From Bdellovibrionota bacterium (lineage in GTDB: Bacteria; Bdellovibrionota_C; UBA2361; JBGSMV01), in assembly GCA_041739995.1 (NCBI GenBank), contig JBGSMV010000042.1, forward strand, positions 32,001 to 96,000: a stretch of DNA of 64,000 nucleotides, given 5' to 3'. The translations under genes were made by a program, and so were the position numbers. A model generated the notes under the pieces. It saw nothing but the letters and a program-made list of their open reading frames with translations. It did not search any database and was not told the origin of the DNA. Below are positions 9,680-19,387 of this stretch, one piece after another. Position 1 is the stretch's first letter, and the number at the start of each line of letters is the position of its first letter.

Positions 9680-10741
9680 TTGGAGACTGTTCGTATGCTG
9701 CATATTGGTAGGAGCCTCTCGGCTGTTTTCCCCTCAGGCTTGGCGAGTGCCACACTCTTGTTCGTATCTCTGATTGGCCCAGAAACAATAAGTAGTGCGT
9801 GGGCTGATGCGCGTCCACAGGTTGTGGTTGTAGAGAAAGTCTTCGACTTTGGTACAGTTTCTCAGGGTACAGTGGTGAAGCATGATTTTACTATTCGAAA
9901 CGGCGGAGACTCTGACTTAGTAATTCAACGGGTTATCCCAGCGTGTGGATGCACTGCGGCGACGGCATCAAGCGAGCCCATTGTTCCCGGCGCCGAACGC
10001 GCGGTGCAGGTATCCTTTGATACGGCGGGGTTCTCCGGTGAGAAGTATAAAACGGTGCGCGTTAATACCAACGATGTTGATAACCTTTCAGTGGTGTTGG
10101 CGTTGCGTGGCGTGGTTGAGCCCGACGTAGTTGTAGAGCCACAGAGCGTGATGTTCGAGGAGGTCATTCGGGGAAGTTCGGAGCCCGCTGAAGAGCAGGT
10201 GGTGACCATTTCTTTGAAGGAAGGAGCCAAAGTAAAGGTGACTGGCGCGCGGGCCTTTAGTCCACACGTTACGGTGAAAGAGCTCGAGCGTTCTGCGGCC
10301 AGAGCCAAGTTCTCAGTCTCGATTGATCCGTCCGCTCCTCTGGGTGAGCTGAGAGATAGAATGGTGATTGGAGTCGATGGTGGAAAGGAGTCAACCATTA
10401 ATGTGCCAATATTTGCAGTGGTGCGCGGGCAACTTGCGTTGCAGCCGCCTCAGCTATCCTTTGGTGTGATCGAGGGCAGTGAGCTCATAACCAGGAGTGT
10501 GAAGTTAGTGAACCGGGGTGCTTCCCCGGTGCGGGTGAAGGAAGTGCGGTCCGCCAACCCTGCAATTTCAACCAGCGTTCGAGAAATTGAGGCCGGAAAG
10601 ACATTTGTGGTCCAGGTTCAGCTTAATCCCGCTCAGGTAAAGCGGGACCTCAGAGCTTCGGTTGAGGTGCTTACCGACAGCCCTGATGAGCCATCTCTCT
10701 CCCTGAGTATTTTTGGGATTCTTCCACCCCCATCCACCTAG
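9680..10741 (+). CDS. Exported DUF1573-domain protein with tandem Ig-like domains
   Basis: 'FDFGTV.QG..VKHDFTIRNGG..DLVI..V.PACGCT' DUF1573 signature; start uncertain. Confidence 0.85.
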   Translation: METVRMLHIGRSLSAVFPSGLASATLLFVSLIGPETISSAWADARPQVVVVEKVFDFGTVSQGTVVKHDFTIRNGGDSDLVIQRVIPACGCTAATASSEPIVPGAERAVQVSFDTAGFSGEKYKTVRVNTNDVDNLSVVLALRGVVEPDVVVEPQSVMFEEVIRGSSEPAEEQVVTISLKEGAKVKVTGARAFSPHVTVKELERSAARAKFSVSIDPSAPLGELRDRMVIGVDGGKESTINVPIFAVVRGQLALQPPQLSFGVIEGSELITRSVKLVNRGASPVRVKEVRSANPAISTSVREIEAGKTFVVQVQLNPAQVKRDLRASVEVLTDSPDEPSLSLSIFGILPPPST

Positions 10742-10999
10742 AACCTCTTCAAAGCGAAGCAATTGGCTATTGCTCTATAGGGCAGACTAGAGAGAGCTTC
10801 TTATTCCTTGAAGAGTTGTCCTATTCGAACCGCGTTTTGTTCGGAATTCAATGATTTAGCTCCAATGCTAACGTGCCGAATCTTCCTCGTGAGGCTCTTG
10901 GTTTTAGGTGACAGAATAGCCGGGAGGCTCGTCGATTCGGCGAGAACAGATTCGCTTAGATCTCTTCGCGCTTTTGCGTGAGTCGGTGATATCTCGCCT

Positions 11000-12829
11000 T
11001 TGGCGCGCATACATATGGTTCCCACAGGTTTTTCGATTTTGGCTCGATTGCTTCGGAAGGTCTTGGTTATAGGACTGTTGTTCTCCTGTGCGCACTCCTG
11101 GTTCGAGGCATACGCCGAAACTGTATCCATTTTTGATGTTCCCTTTCGAGTCGATAGTGTTCGCCCGATTGATGCCGAGTCTGTTGAGGTATCGGTGGGA
11201 AGCGAGCGTCGTATCGTGTCCAAGGCTGCGCTTCAAGACGCGGTGGTTGAATTAACGTTCGCGCCCAACGGTCCAGGAATTTCAATGGACCCAGAACGCA
11301 TCGCTACTTTCGTCGAGAAAAGTCTTTCGAGCGGGAAGCTTGAATATGCAGGACTCGCCCTTCCTTCCTACCTAGCCTCCCCACAGATTGATACCCTTGA
11401 AGCTCGCGATATCGTCGAGGAGTTTGCAAAGCTCCCAAAAGCTACGGAGGCGTTTAAAAGCGCGCTACTCACCATCCGTGCTCACGGAGAGGCCTACTCT
11501 GAATTTCGACACCGCCCTGACTTGGTGGCGGTGGTCTTATTTGTAATTGGTCTTGAGGATGGCGTTTGGCTTAGAAGCAACGGGTTCCGTTGGGTGTTCG
11601 CCTTCTCGGAGTCCTTACGCGGATATGTACTCGATCGACTTGCGCGAGCGGTGGTGAATGAGGAGCGTGAGCTCATTCGACGCATTCCAAACGTAGTGCG
11701 TGATTCCTTAGGGGATGAAGATCCTTTCTTTCGCAATGCGCGATTGCTTTCTGAGCGCGTACTGCAAGTACTTGAATATAACTCCGATCAGGCCGTCGAA
11801 ACGCTCTACCCACTCGTTGAAGCTACTCGGCGAGATGCGGATACTCTTCGCATCCTCTATCCGTTGGTTTCAAACACACTTCATGACGTGGCGGAACAGC
11901 GATTGATGGCAGGGCGACCCGCGGAAGCGCTCATGGTGATCTCGCGCACGGACGTAGATCGTAGAACACCAAGGACCCATGAGGTGATACTACGCGCACT
12001 GGAGCAAATTCCCCATGATGATAGGGAGCTCGTTCGAGATGTGGCAGTCGAGAGAATGTTGACCACAATCGCGCTTCGAGATGCCGAAGTGCGCACCAAG
12101 TATGAAGCGATGCTGGAGGCGCAGATTTTGGAGGCGGCTCGCACTGCTGATGTTTCAAATGGATCTGTGCTGCTTTCTAAGCTTACAAGAATTCGATCTG
12201 ACCCTGATCCGCGGAACGACGATCTTCGGATTGAGTTAGCATTAGCTGAGTTGCGATTGGGAAGTCGAGAAGGGGCGCTCACTCACCTGTCAGGAGTTCG
12301 TCTTGGAATTCCAATGTTCGCACGGCTCAAACTCGGGCTTGCGGGCCTATATGTGAACCGATTGCTCGCATTTTTCTGCATTGTCGTTCCAGCCATTTAT
12401 GTAGTGTGGTTTGCGATTGTTGAGTTGCGGCGACTTCGAGACCTGCGCCTAAAGGACGTGGAGCACAGACTTCATGCGCGCGCGGTGCGCGGTGCCGCGG
12501 GAAAGTCTCAGGATTCGGATTCAGACGTACAGTCGGAAAAGGCTGGAATGAATGGAACTTCCGAAGTGAAGTATTTCATTCAAGGCAAGCTAAACAAGCC
12601 CACTGATCCGCGGTTGATTGAGTACGCGCACTGCTTGCTTACCCTTGGGTTGCAGCAGACCGCGTCTTTGAGCGACATCAAAAACTCCTATCGTGGGCTA
12701 GTAAAGCAGATTCATCCCGATCGACTTCAGGAAAACAAAGGGCTCGCTTCAGATCGATTTATAGAGATAACCCAGGCCTACGACAGGGCGTTAGAGCTCA
12801 GACGGCTCACGGGCATCGAGGAGGCTTGA
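11000..12829 (+). CDS. Membrane protein with large helical exported region and C-terminal J (DnaJ) domain
   Basis: Signal-like N-terminus, TM near residue 455-475, 'LGL..TASLSDIKNSYRGLVKQIHPD...FIEITQAY'. Confidence 0.8.
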   Translation: MARIHMVPTGFSILARLLRKVLVIGLLFSCAHSWFEAYAETVSIFDVPFRVDSVRPIDAESVEVSVGSERRIVSKAALQDAVVELTFAPNGPGISMDPERIATFVEKSLSSGKLEYAGLALPSYLASPQIDTLEARDIVEEFAKLPKATEAFKSALLTIRAHGEAYSEFRHRPDLVAVVLFVIGLEDGVWLRSNGFRWVFAFSESLRGYVLDRLARAVVNEERELIRRIPNVVRDSLGDEDPFFRNARLLSERVLQVLEYNSDQAVETLYPLVEATRRDADTLRILYPLVSNTLHDVAEQRLMAGRPAEALMVISRTDVDRRTPRTHEVILRALEQIPHDDRELVRDVAVERMLTTIALRDAEVRTKYEAMLEAQILEAARTADVSNGSVLLSKLTRIRSDPDPRNDDLRIELALAELRLGSREGALTHLSGVRLGIPMFARLKLGLAGLYVNRLLAFFCIVVPAIYVVWFAIVELRRLRDLRLKDVEHRLHARAVRGAAGKSQDSDSDVQSEKAGMNGTSEVKYFIQGKLNKPTDPRLIEYAHCLLTLGLQQTASLSDIKNSYRGLVKQIHPDRLQENKGLASDRFIEITQAYDRALELRRLTGIEEA

Positions 12830-13206
12830 GCTCTCCTGGTGCTTTGCCAGGTGAACGAAGGTACTCGACTGACTGAGCGCCGTAGCGTGTTCGCTCTGAG
12901 TCGCGGGGGCGGGACTCTCTTTTTGTAGCTGATTGGTGCGATCTCAGCGCACATATTGCGGCGAATGTTTGAACGTTCTCGAGAGGAGAGTTCCGCCAGT
13001 CTGTCGCCTCGAGCCAAGTGCGTGCTGAATCCACAAGAGCGTTTCATCTCAGACCCCTTTGCTCGAGAGAGGAGTGCCTTTCTCAGAGGTGCGGGAACCT
13101 CGTACTCATTCAACAGCGCTAGTGCCCATGTAGTCGCTCCGCTGCGCAGTGCCTTAGAGACCTGAATAAGTAGTGCGTCTGGAATCTGTGGTTTCGCTTT
13201 GCCCAT
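12778..13206 (-). CDS. Hypothetical protein
   Basis: GAGGAG RBS before ATG; no recognisable motif; 3' end overlaps the J-protein gene. Confidence 0.4.
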   Translation of the reverse strand: MGKAKPQIPDALLIQVSKALRSGATTWALALLNEYEVPAPLRKALLSRAKGSEMKRSCGFSTHLARGDRLAELSSRERSNIRRNMCAEIAPISYKKRVPPPRLRANTLRRSVSRVPSFTWQSTRRAQASSMPVSRLSSNALS

Positions 13207-13427
13207 GAACTGCTCCTCTGGTTAGTCAGTAGGCAAGCTAGAGAGCAACAGTGGGGCCAGACGGGCGCCGAAATAACTAGCTGAAATAACAATAGAATAA
13301 TTTTTGAGAACGGCTCGCCTGAGGCGAAAAGCCTCTTTTCCTGAGGTATTTCGCCTCAAACTCCGTGGAGGCAGGCGCTCACTTACTCTGAATTGTAGAT
13401 TGGGCAATTATTTTGGCTTAAGGAGCT

Positions 13428-13457
13428 TTGCCCTCACGTTTAATCACATTCTATAGT
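13428..13457 (+). promoter_or_regulatory. Putative sigma70 promoter of ffs
   Basis: TTGCCC-18 bp-TATAGT ending 6 nt before the SRP RNA stem. Confidence 0.55.
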
Positions 13458-13463
13458 CTTGCT

Positions 13464-13563
13464 GCGGCGGGACAGCGCGTGCGAGCGGAACCGTGAACCC
13501 GGTCAGGCCCGGAAGGGAGCAGCCGCAACGAAATTCTACTGTGATACGATGCTGTTTCGCCGT
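13464..13563 (+). ncRNA. ffs: Signal recognition particle RNA (small, 4.5S type)
   Basis: Conserved GGTCAGGCCCGGAAGGGAGCAGCC core; terminal pairing GCGGCGGGACAGC/GCTGTTTCGCCGT; T-run after; upstream of dnaX. Confidence 0.93.
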
Positions 13564-13655
13564 TTTTGAAGTTGGTGCAATGACTTCTCCCTCTATGGTA
13601 GGGCGAATTCGTTCGATACGGCCGGTAGGCGCCTTTTAACAAAGCAGTACGCCCG

Positions 13656-15578
13656 ATGTCATACTTGGTAATTGCGCGAAAGTTTCGCCCGCAACGTTTC
13701 TGTGAAGTGAGCGGGCAGGAACATGTGACTCGAACATTGTCGAATTCGATTCGACGTGAGCGAGTGGCCCACGCCTACCTGTTTGCAGGGCCTCGCGGCG
13801 TAGGGAAGACTTCCATAGCGCGCATTTTCGCTAAAGCGCTTAACTGCAAAGAACCAATTGGATCGGATGTTCGTCTGGGAGGCCATGAGGGCGAACCTGC
13901 AGGGAGTGCCGCTCAGGCAAGCGCGATTGAGCCATGTTCAAAGTGTGCGAACTGCGTGGAAATTGCGCAGGGCTCGAATATCGCTGTTCGAGAGATCGAT
14001 GGAGCCTCGCACAATAGCGTTGATAATGTCCGGGATTTGATTGATTCGTTTCGCGGGTTGCCGCCTCCTGGGTCACGCTACAAGGTGTACATCATCGATG
14101 AAGTACATATGTTTAGCACGGCAGCGTTCAACGCGCTGCTTAAGAGTCTCGAAGAGCCTCCGCCAAATACGGTATTTATTCTGGCCACCACGGAAGCGCA
14201 TAAGATCCCTGAGACAGTAATCTCTCGTTGCCAACGGCATGATTTTAGAAGCCTTAGTCTCGATGATATCGAGACTCGCTTGCGCGAGATTGCGGGTGAG
14301 GAACGAATGCAGGTGGAGCCTGAGGCATTGCAGATGGTGGCGCGCCTTAGTGATGGCTCCATGCGCGATGCGCAGTCGCTTCTCGAACGAGTCAACTCTT
14401 TTTGTGATGGGGCGATTTCGGCGGCGAATGCGAGTGTAGTTCTTGGTACGGTGGAGCGAGCTATTCTTGCACGACTGTCGCAGGCCGTGCTGGGGCGAGA
14501 GGCTGGCGTTGCTCTTGATCTGATCGCTGAAGTCTTTTCAAAGGGCGTCGATCCTTCACTGTTTTCGAAAGACCTCGCCACTCATTTTCGAGAGCTGTTG
14601 CTGGCGCGTTTCGGCGGTGATGCAGCGCTTCTAAGACTTGGATTAGGCGAAGCCGATCGAGTCGAGCTGCTTCGTCAAGCAGGGAGTGTGAGCGAGCAAG
14701 ATATTCAAGACCTCTCGCAGCTGGCGCGCCAAGGTTGTGATGCGGCCGTGCGTAGTTTGTACCCTAAGTATGCACTTGAAGCCTTAGTGGTGCGTATGGC
14801 GACCAGGGAGCCTACGCTGGTACTAGCCCAAGTTCTCGCGTCGATTCAGCAGGGAAGAGTTCCTTCTGGCGGAGGTGCTGGTGGACGAGGGCCGCAAGAG
14901 AGCGGCGCAGGGCGTTCTGCAGCGGCAAGCGCTTCAGCGCTAACTAATGTTCAAAGTGTGGCGGAGACAGGCGAGGCCTCCAGTAGCTTTCCTAGCGCGT
15001 CTTCGGTCGCTGGAGTAGAACCTGAGCCTCATCTTACGGCGGGAAAAGCGTCTCCGAGCAGCTCTTCGGTGGCGAGTGGAGCAGCCGTGCTTGTGGCGGG
15101 AGAGGCGAAGCCCCTCGACTGGCCAGCTTTTGTTGGTGAAGCGAGTTGCGCTCTTTCTCGCATCCTCGTCGAGCATCTTCGAAGGCTCTCTGTCGACAAA
15201 TTTGTGATTGAATCTCGAAAGACTCGTGATGCTACGGGGGTGGCAACTGAACAGCTTAACGGCGTACTTGAAGCTCGTGGAGCTTCATTCTCTGTTGGCT
15301 CTCTTCTCCAGGCTGAAGCGAAACGAAAGTTGCAAGAGGTATTGCATAAGTTCTCAGGCGTAGCGCACTGGGCTATATCTTTAAAGAGTGTTGCGGCCAA
15401 TGAGATTGCGCCTGCAGGAATGGAGCAAGGAGCCAGCCTGATTGAGAGTGAGCGTGCCGAGCAAAGGCGAAGCCGCGCTGCCAAAGAGAGTGATATATCG
15501 AACCATCCGCGGATAAGGGATTTGCAGAAAATATTTCCCGGAACCGAGATTGAAACGATAACCATGAAAGAGGAGTAA
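13656..15578 (+). CDS. dnaX: DNA polymerase III subunit gamma/tau
   Basis: 'YLVIARKFRP', Walker A GPRGVGKT, 'IIDEVHM', 'AFNALLKSLEEPP', SRC motif. Confidence 0.97.
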   Translation: MSYLVIARKFRPQRFCEVSGQEHVTRTLSNSIRRERVAHAYLFAGPRGVGKTSIARIFAKALNCKEPIGSDVRLGGHEGEPAGSAAQASAIEPCSKCANCVEIAQGSNIAVREIDGASHNSVDNVRDLIDSFRGLPPPGSRYKVYIIDEVHMFSTAAFNALLKSLEEPPPNTVFILATTEAHKIPETVISRCQRHDFRSLSLDDIETRLREIAGEERMQVEPEALQMVARLSDGSMRDAQSLLERVNSFCDGAISAANASVVLGTVERAILARLSQAVLGREAGVALDLIAEVFSKGVDPSLFSKDLATHFRELLLARFGGDAALLRLGLGEADRVELLRQAGSVSEQDIQDLSQLARQGCDAAVRSLYPKYALEALVVRMATREPTLVLAQVLASIQQGRVPSGGGAGGRGPQESGAGRSAAASASALTNVQSVAETGEASSSFPSASSVAGVEPEPHLTAGKASPSSSSVASGAAVLVAGEAKPLDWPAFVGEASCALSRILVEHLRRLSVDKFVIESRKTRDATGVATEQLNGVLEARGASFSVGSLLQAEAKRKLQEVLHKFSGVAHWAISLKSVAANEIAPAGMEQGASLIESERAEQRRSRAAKESDISNHPRIRDLQKIFPGTEIETITMKEE

Positions 15579-15583
15579 GAAAG

Positions 15584-15919
15584 ATGGCGAAGGGTTTTTC
15601 GGGGATGCCCGGTAATATGCAAGGCTTGATGAAACAAGCACAGAAGATGCAGCAGGATCTGCAAAATATTCAAGCAGAAGCGGAGCAGTATGTCGCTGAG
15701 GGATCGGCCGGCGGAGGTGTCGTGCGGGCGTCAGCAAACGGGAAAAACGAAATTGTCTCTTTTACCATTGATCCACAGGTAGTGAATCCATCGGATGTTG
15801 AGATGTTGCAGGACCTTGTCCGCGCTGCGGCGAATGACGCACTTACCAAAGTGCAGGAGAATTTAAAGCAGAAGATGTCTTCAGTCACCGGCGGGGTTGG
15901 CCTTCCTGGGCTCTTTTAG
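15584..15919 (+). CDS. ybaB: YbaB/EbfC nucleoid-associated protein
   Basis: 'MKQAQKMQ', 'AGGGVV', 'DVEMLQDLV.AA.NDA'; dnaX-ybaB-recR synteny. Confidence 0.96.
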   Translation: MAKGFSGMPGNMQGLMKQAQKMQQDLQNIQAEAEQYVAEGSAGGGVVRASANGKNEIVSFTIDPQVVNPSDVEMLQDLVRAAANDALTKVQENLKQKMSSVTGGVGLPGLF

Positions 15920-15940
15920 CTTTTCGAGCGTCGTAGTTCT

Positions 15941-16546
15941 ATGGCGTCATTTCCTCCGGCGATGATGAAGTTGGTGGCAGAGCTTTCAAAGCTGCCATCT
16001 ATCGGTGAGAAGTCAGCAACTCGTTTGGCTTATCATCTTGTTTGTCGGCACCGCGAGCTTTGCCAGTCACTCTCGACGAGTCTGCAAGAAGCCTCGCGAT
16101 TAGTGACTTTGTGCGAGAAATGTTTCTTCCTTAGCCAAGAGCCACTTTGTTCCATCTGTAGAAATTCAAATCGCGATCAGTCGCTCTTATGCGTGGTGGA
16201 AAAGCCGATGGACGTCATTGCCATTGAGCGTGTCGGCGATTTCCGTGGTCTCTATCATGTGTTGCATGGACTTTGGGCTCCTCTCAGGGGACAGGGACCA
16301 GAGACAATGCGTCTTTCAGAGCTTGCAGAGCGATTAAAGGGAAAGACAGTTACTGAGGTGATTATTGCCACCGGGGCGACAGTCGAAGGTGATGCGACAG
16401 CGCTCTATGTGGCCCGGATGATGAAAGAGTTTGGCGTTAAATCCACCAGGCTTGCCCAGGGTATGCCTAAAGGTGGAGAGCTCGAGTATGCTGACGATGT
16501 GACCCTTTCGCGAGCGTTTTCAGGACGCAGTGAGATAGGGGGATAG
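15941..16546 (+). CDS. recR: Recombination mediator RecR
   Basis: 'LPSIGEKSATRLA', C4 zinc finger, 'YHVLHG', 'TVEGDATA', 'GGELEYAD..TL'. Confidence 0.97.
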   Translation: MASFPPAMMKLVAELSKLPSIGEKSATRLAYHLVCRHRELCQSLSTSLQEASRLVTLCEKCFFLSQEPLCSICRNSNRDQSLLCVVEKPMDVIAIERVGDFRGLYHVLHGLWAPLRGQGPETMRLSELAERLKGKTVTEVIIATGATVEGDATALYVARMMKEFGVKSTRLAQGMPKGGELEYADDVTLSRAFSGRSEIGG

Positions 16547-16641
16547 CCGCCCCAAATTCTGCAGTAGCAGGCCATCCAAACGGCGGTATTGACTTGATTT
16601 TCTGGTCAACGTAAGAAATCAAGCTCTAGTAACGCCGAAGT

Positions 16642-16717
16642 TCCCCGGTAGCTCAGTTGGTAGAGCAGGTGGCTGTTAACCACCTTGTCGTAGGTTCGAG
16701 TCCTGCCCGGGGAGCCA
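16642..16717 (+). tRNA. tRNA-Asn (GTT)
   Basis: 76-nt cloverleaf: TCCCCGG/CCGGGGA acceptor stem, GGTGG-CTGTTAA-CCACC anticodon arm, GGTTCGAGTCC T arm, encoded CCA. Confidence 0.97.
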
Positions 16718-17131
16718 TTCTGTTTTTTACGCTTGGCGCTCTGGCCCAGGGGCTGTTGCCCCTCTCGCCCTAGTCGGGCGTTCACCCCGCTAGTTAGAAC
16801 TTAGCCACCTGTAACGGTAACCAGCTTTGCGGCAGGACTCGAACCGTCTGCACGACCGACTGGTCGTGCAAACAAGACTGCGAGTCCTTCAGTGCCGTCA
16901 GGCACTGAAGTCCTGCCCGGGGAGCCATTCTGGTGTTTACGCTTGGCGCTCTGGCCCAGGGGCTGTTGCCCCACTCGCCCAAGTCGGGCGTTCACCCCAC
17001 AAGTTAGGACTTCGCCACCTGTAACGGTAACCCGCTTTGCGGCAGGACTCGAACCGTCTGCACGACCGACTGGTCGTGCAAACAAGACTGCGAGTCCTTC
17101 AGTGCCGCCAGGCACTGAAGGACTGCCCGGG
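16699..17131. repeat. 210-bp tandem repeat (2 units + partial third) starting with the tRNA-Asn 3' end
   Basis: Units 16699-16908 and 16909-17118, about 10 mismatches by eye; multiple internal hairpins. Confidence 0.95.
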
Positions 17132-17160
17132 CGTCAAACGCTTCAATGTGAATAGAAATG

Positions 17161-19386
17161 CTATTGGATTAGCATCGGCCGCCGAACGGTCGCAGGGTCT
17201 GGAGATATTAAACGCTGCGGTAGAGGGACTCCGTTATCAACCGTTCCGCAGTCAAGACGAGCACGCACTCCTCCGCAGCCATACTGTGGTTCAATTGCTG
17301 AAGGTGGCCTGATGCAGCGTGGGTCTCCAAAGGGAAATTCGCAATTCGGATTGTAGAGAGACATGCAGGCCTTTCCTTCGCGGATTACCTCAGGTCTTGG
17401 GGGATACCCATCTAGATTCAAGCCAGTGCCGATGAGAAGCAAGCAGGTGTTGTAGTCCGGTTGAGGTGGGCGCTGGGCGCAATTCTGAATAGCTGCAAAG
17501 GCAGGCATGTCAAAGCAGTCTTTCATCGCATCCCAGTGGCCTCCGCTTGGAGGGGTCGGTGGGTTCGGTTCACCAGAGCAGTTGATAGGGCAATCAGGAG
17601 GAGGATTCGGAAAGGAACAACGAAGCGCTCGCTGCCTGCACTCTCTCCAGTTCCTATGTTCCACCACAAACTCACCAGTCGCCTCGAGAAATGGCGTATA
17701 TATACCGCGCATGATTACCCCTTCCGGGTTGGGGCTCGCTGGATTCTCGCAGGTGCCACCCTCGCTGCCGCAGGAGTTAGAGTTGGCATAGCGTTCAAAT
17801 CTGAAGTCAAAAAGGTTCGCTCGAACGAAGCCAACCACTCGTGGTCGGGTAGAAGCAAAGGGTGGAAAGGAGCTTTGATCGGCGCCCTGAAATACTGAGG
17901 CGTAGTCACAGTACATTTCATTTTCAACGCCGTTCGAGCCCCGGGCGGTCGGTGAAATGACCATAATATTTACTGGGAGCGCTTTTCGTTGTGCGGGAGG
18001 GACGTTTCCATAGCCACGATGGGTGCACATCGGATTAGTAAAGGCGGGAAGCCCAGGCGCCGCAGGGGGAAATTCCTTCATTCGAAGTCTAATGTTTGAA
18101 TTTACGTCTATGAAGTAGTTGCGTGCTGCGCTCTCTGGACGAAGGCGTGGAAAATTATCGATCGCATCTTCCCCTGATTCAATACTCATCACCTGTTGCA
18201 GCGGAGAGCCTCTTGAGATTAGTTTTTCGAATGCTTCAGTTGCTTTTGCCGCGTTCTCTTGAGAACTCAAGAATCCTCCTGCGAAGATCGAGTTCTCCAG
18301 CGGAATAAAATATTCTCCTAGCTTTGCGCGCACACCGCCGTTGTTGGCGATTTCGCCAAGCAGGCGGGCAAATTCGTTTCCTGCGATTGGATCATCTCTA
18401 GTGATTCCGTTAGAGGGCGGACGAAGTGATTCTGGCATACCCAACACACCAGAGAGTGGAAGTGCTCGGCGCGTTTTTCGATGATCGTAGGATGCTGCAC
18501 GGACAATGCCCTCAGCTCTTTCATCGAACGGGGCCCAGACCTCCCCGGCAGGGCGAGGCCCAAGCGGGTCGGCTTCTGTAAAGGTGAGCTCTCGTATGCA
18601 CTGCTTTCCTGGCACAAAATCCGCTGTATCAAATTGGTAATCCCCGGTGCCCAAGTCGCCGCTGGTCTCAAGCAGAAGGGCGCAAGCAGGAATTGCCAGC
18701 GGCACGACTGGGGCGCTTACGCTGGCGTCTGATACCGCTACGGCGGTTCTAGACATTGAGCCGAAAGTGGAGAGGCCCACAAAGTTTCCAAAGAATGCTC
18801 GTACGCCAGTGAGCTCAGCGGTCACTCGAACTGCATTGGCAATTAAGTGCACGGGGACATCGTAGCGCACCGGAATTGAACTATGAGGTACCCCACGATA
18901 CACGACCGGTCTGTTCACAGTGGCGAGATACTGTCCGGTGTCTCCTCCGACACCCTCTAAAGAATTGAACTCCAGGCTTTCTCCGTCGGCCCAATATGCG
19001 CCTCGTTCTACGATGAATCGAATGGGGCCAAGCACCGCTTGGTTGGTGAGGTAGGGGTTCGGCTCGATTCCTCCCAGCGCAGCTTCAAATGGATCTTGCA
19101 GACCTTCGGAGGAAAATTCTAGTTCTCCGAGATCTGCCACGCCGAGCCCACTTAACTGCTGGCGTTTCAGCGCCTCGATGGTGAAGCGCTTTGATTGACC
19201 AAAACTCTCGACATCACCACCGAGTACTCGAGCACCGGCTAGAGCGGCGGCATCAGCGACACTTTGCGCCTGTCGCAGCATCGCGTGTACTCGCAAAATA
19301 TCAATCGTAAGTGCAGCAAGTGCACCGAAAACGGCGAGAAATCCCACCATCCAGACAATTGCAATACCAATTTCAGCTCTTCTCAT
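17161..19386 (-). CDS. TadG-like pilus-associated protein with large Cys/Pro-rich C-terminal region
   Basis: G-x-hydrophobic N-terminus, 'ALTID....AQSVADAAALAGA' Tad motif; likely start ATG 19386 (ORF open to 19419). Confidence 0.8.
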   Translation of the reverse strand: MRRAEIGIAIVWMVGFLAVFGALAALTIDILRVHAMLRQAQSVADAAALAGARVLGGDVESFGQSKRFTIEALKRQQLSGLGVADLGELEFSSEGLQDPFEAALGGIEPNPYLTNQAVLGPIRFIVERGAYWADGESLEFNSLEGVGGDTGQYLATVNRPVVYRGVPHSSIPVRYDVPVHLIANAVRVTAELTGVRAFFGNFVGLSTFGSMSRTAVAVSDASVSAPVVPLAIPACALLLETSGDLGTGDYQFDTADFVPGKQCIRELTFTEADPLGPRPAGEVWAPFDERAEGIVRAASYDHRKTRRALPLSGVLGMPESLRPPSNGITRDDPIAGNEFARLLGEIANNGGVRAKLGEYFIPLENSIFAGGFLSSQENAAKATEAFEKLISRGSPLQQVMSIESGEDAIDNFPRLRPESAARNYFIDVNSNIRLRMKEFPPAAPGLPAFTNPMCTHRGYGNVPPAQRKALPVNIMVISPTARGSNGVENEMYCDYASVFQGADQSSFPPFASTRPRVVGFVRANLFDFRFERYANSNSCGSEGGTCENPASPNPEGVIMRGIYTPFLEATGEFVVEHRNWRECRQRALRCSFPNPPPDCPINCSGEPNPPTPPSGGHWDAMKDCFDMPAFAAIQNCAQRPPQPDYNTCLLLIGTGLNLDGYPPRPEVIREGKACMSLYNPNCEFPFGDPRCIRPPSAIEPQYGCGGVRARLDCGTVDNGVPLPQRLISPDPATVRRPMLIQ

Positions 19387-19387
19387 T

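Noticed and set aside
13656..15578. dnaX programmed frameshift site
   Set aside because: No A-AAA-AAG heptamer or long A-run noticed in the linker region
16829..16910. Second tRNA on the minus strand
   Set aside because: Only a T-arm match; no acceptor, D or anticodon arms in register
16699..16927. Integrated prophage or island bounded by tRNA attL/attR
   Set aside because: The duplicated tRNA ends are only 210 bp apart and no integrase is present
16794..17312. Short ORFs over the tRNA-linked repeat
   Set aside because: By-products of a 210-bp (multiple of 3) GC-rich repeat; no RBS or protein motif
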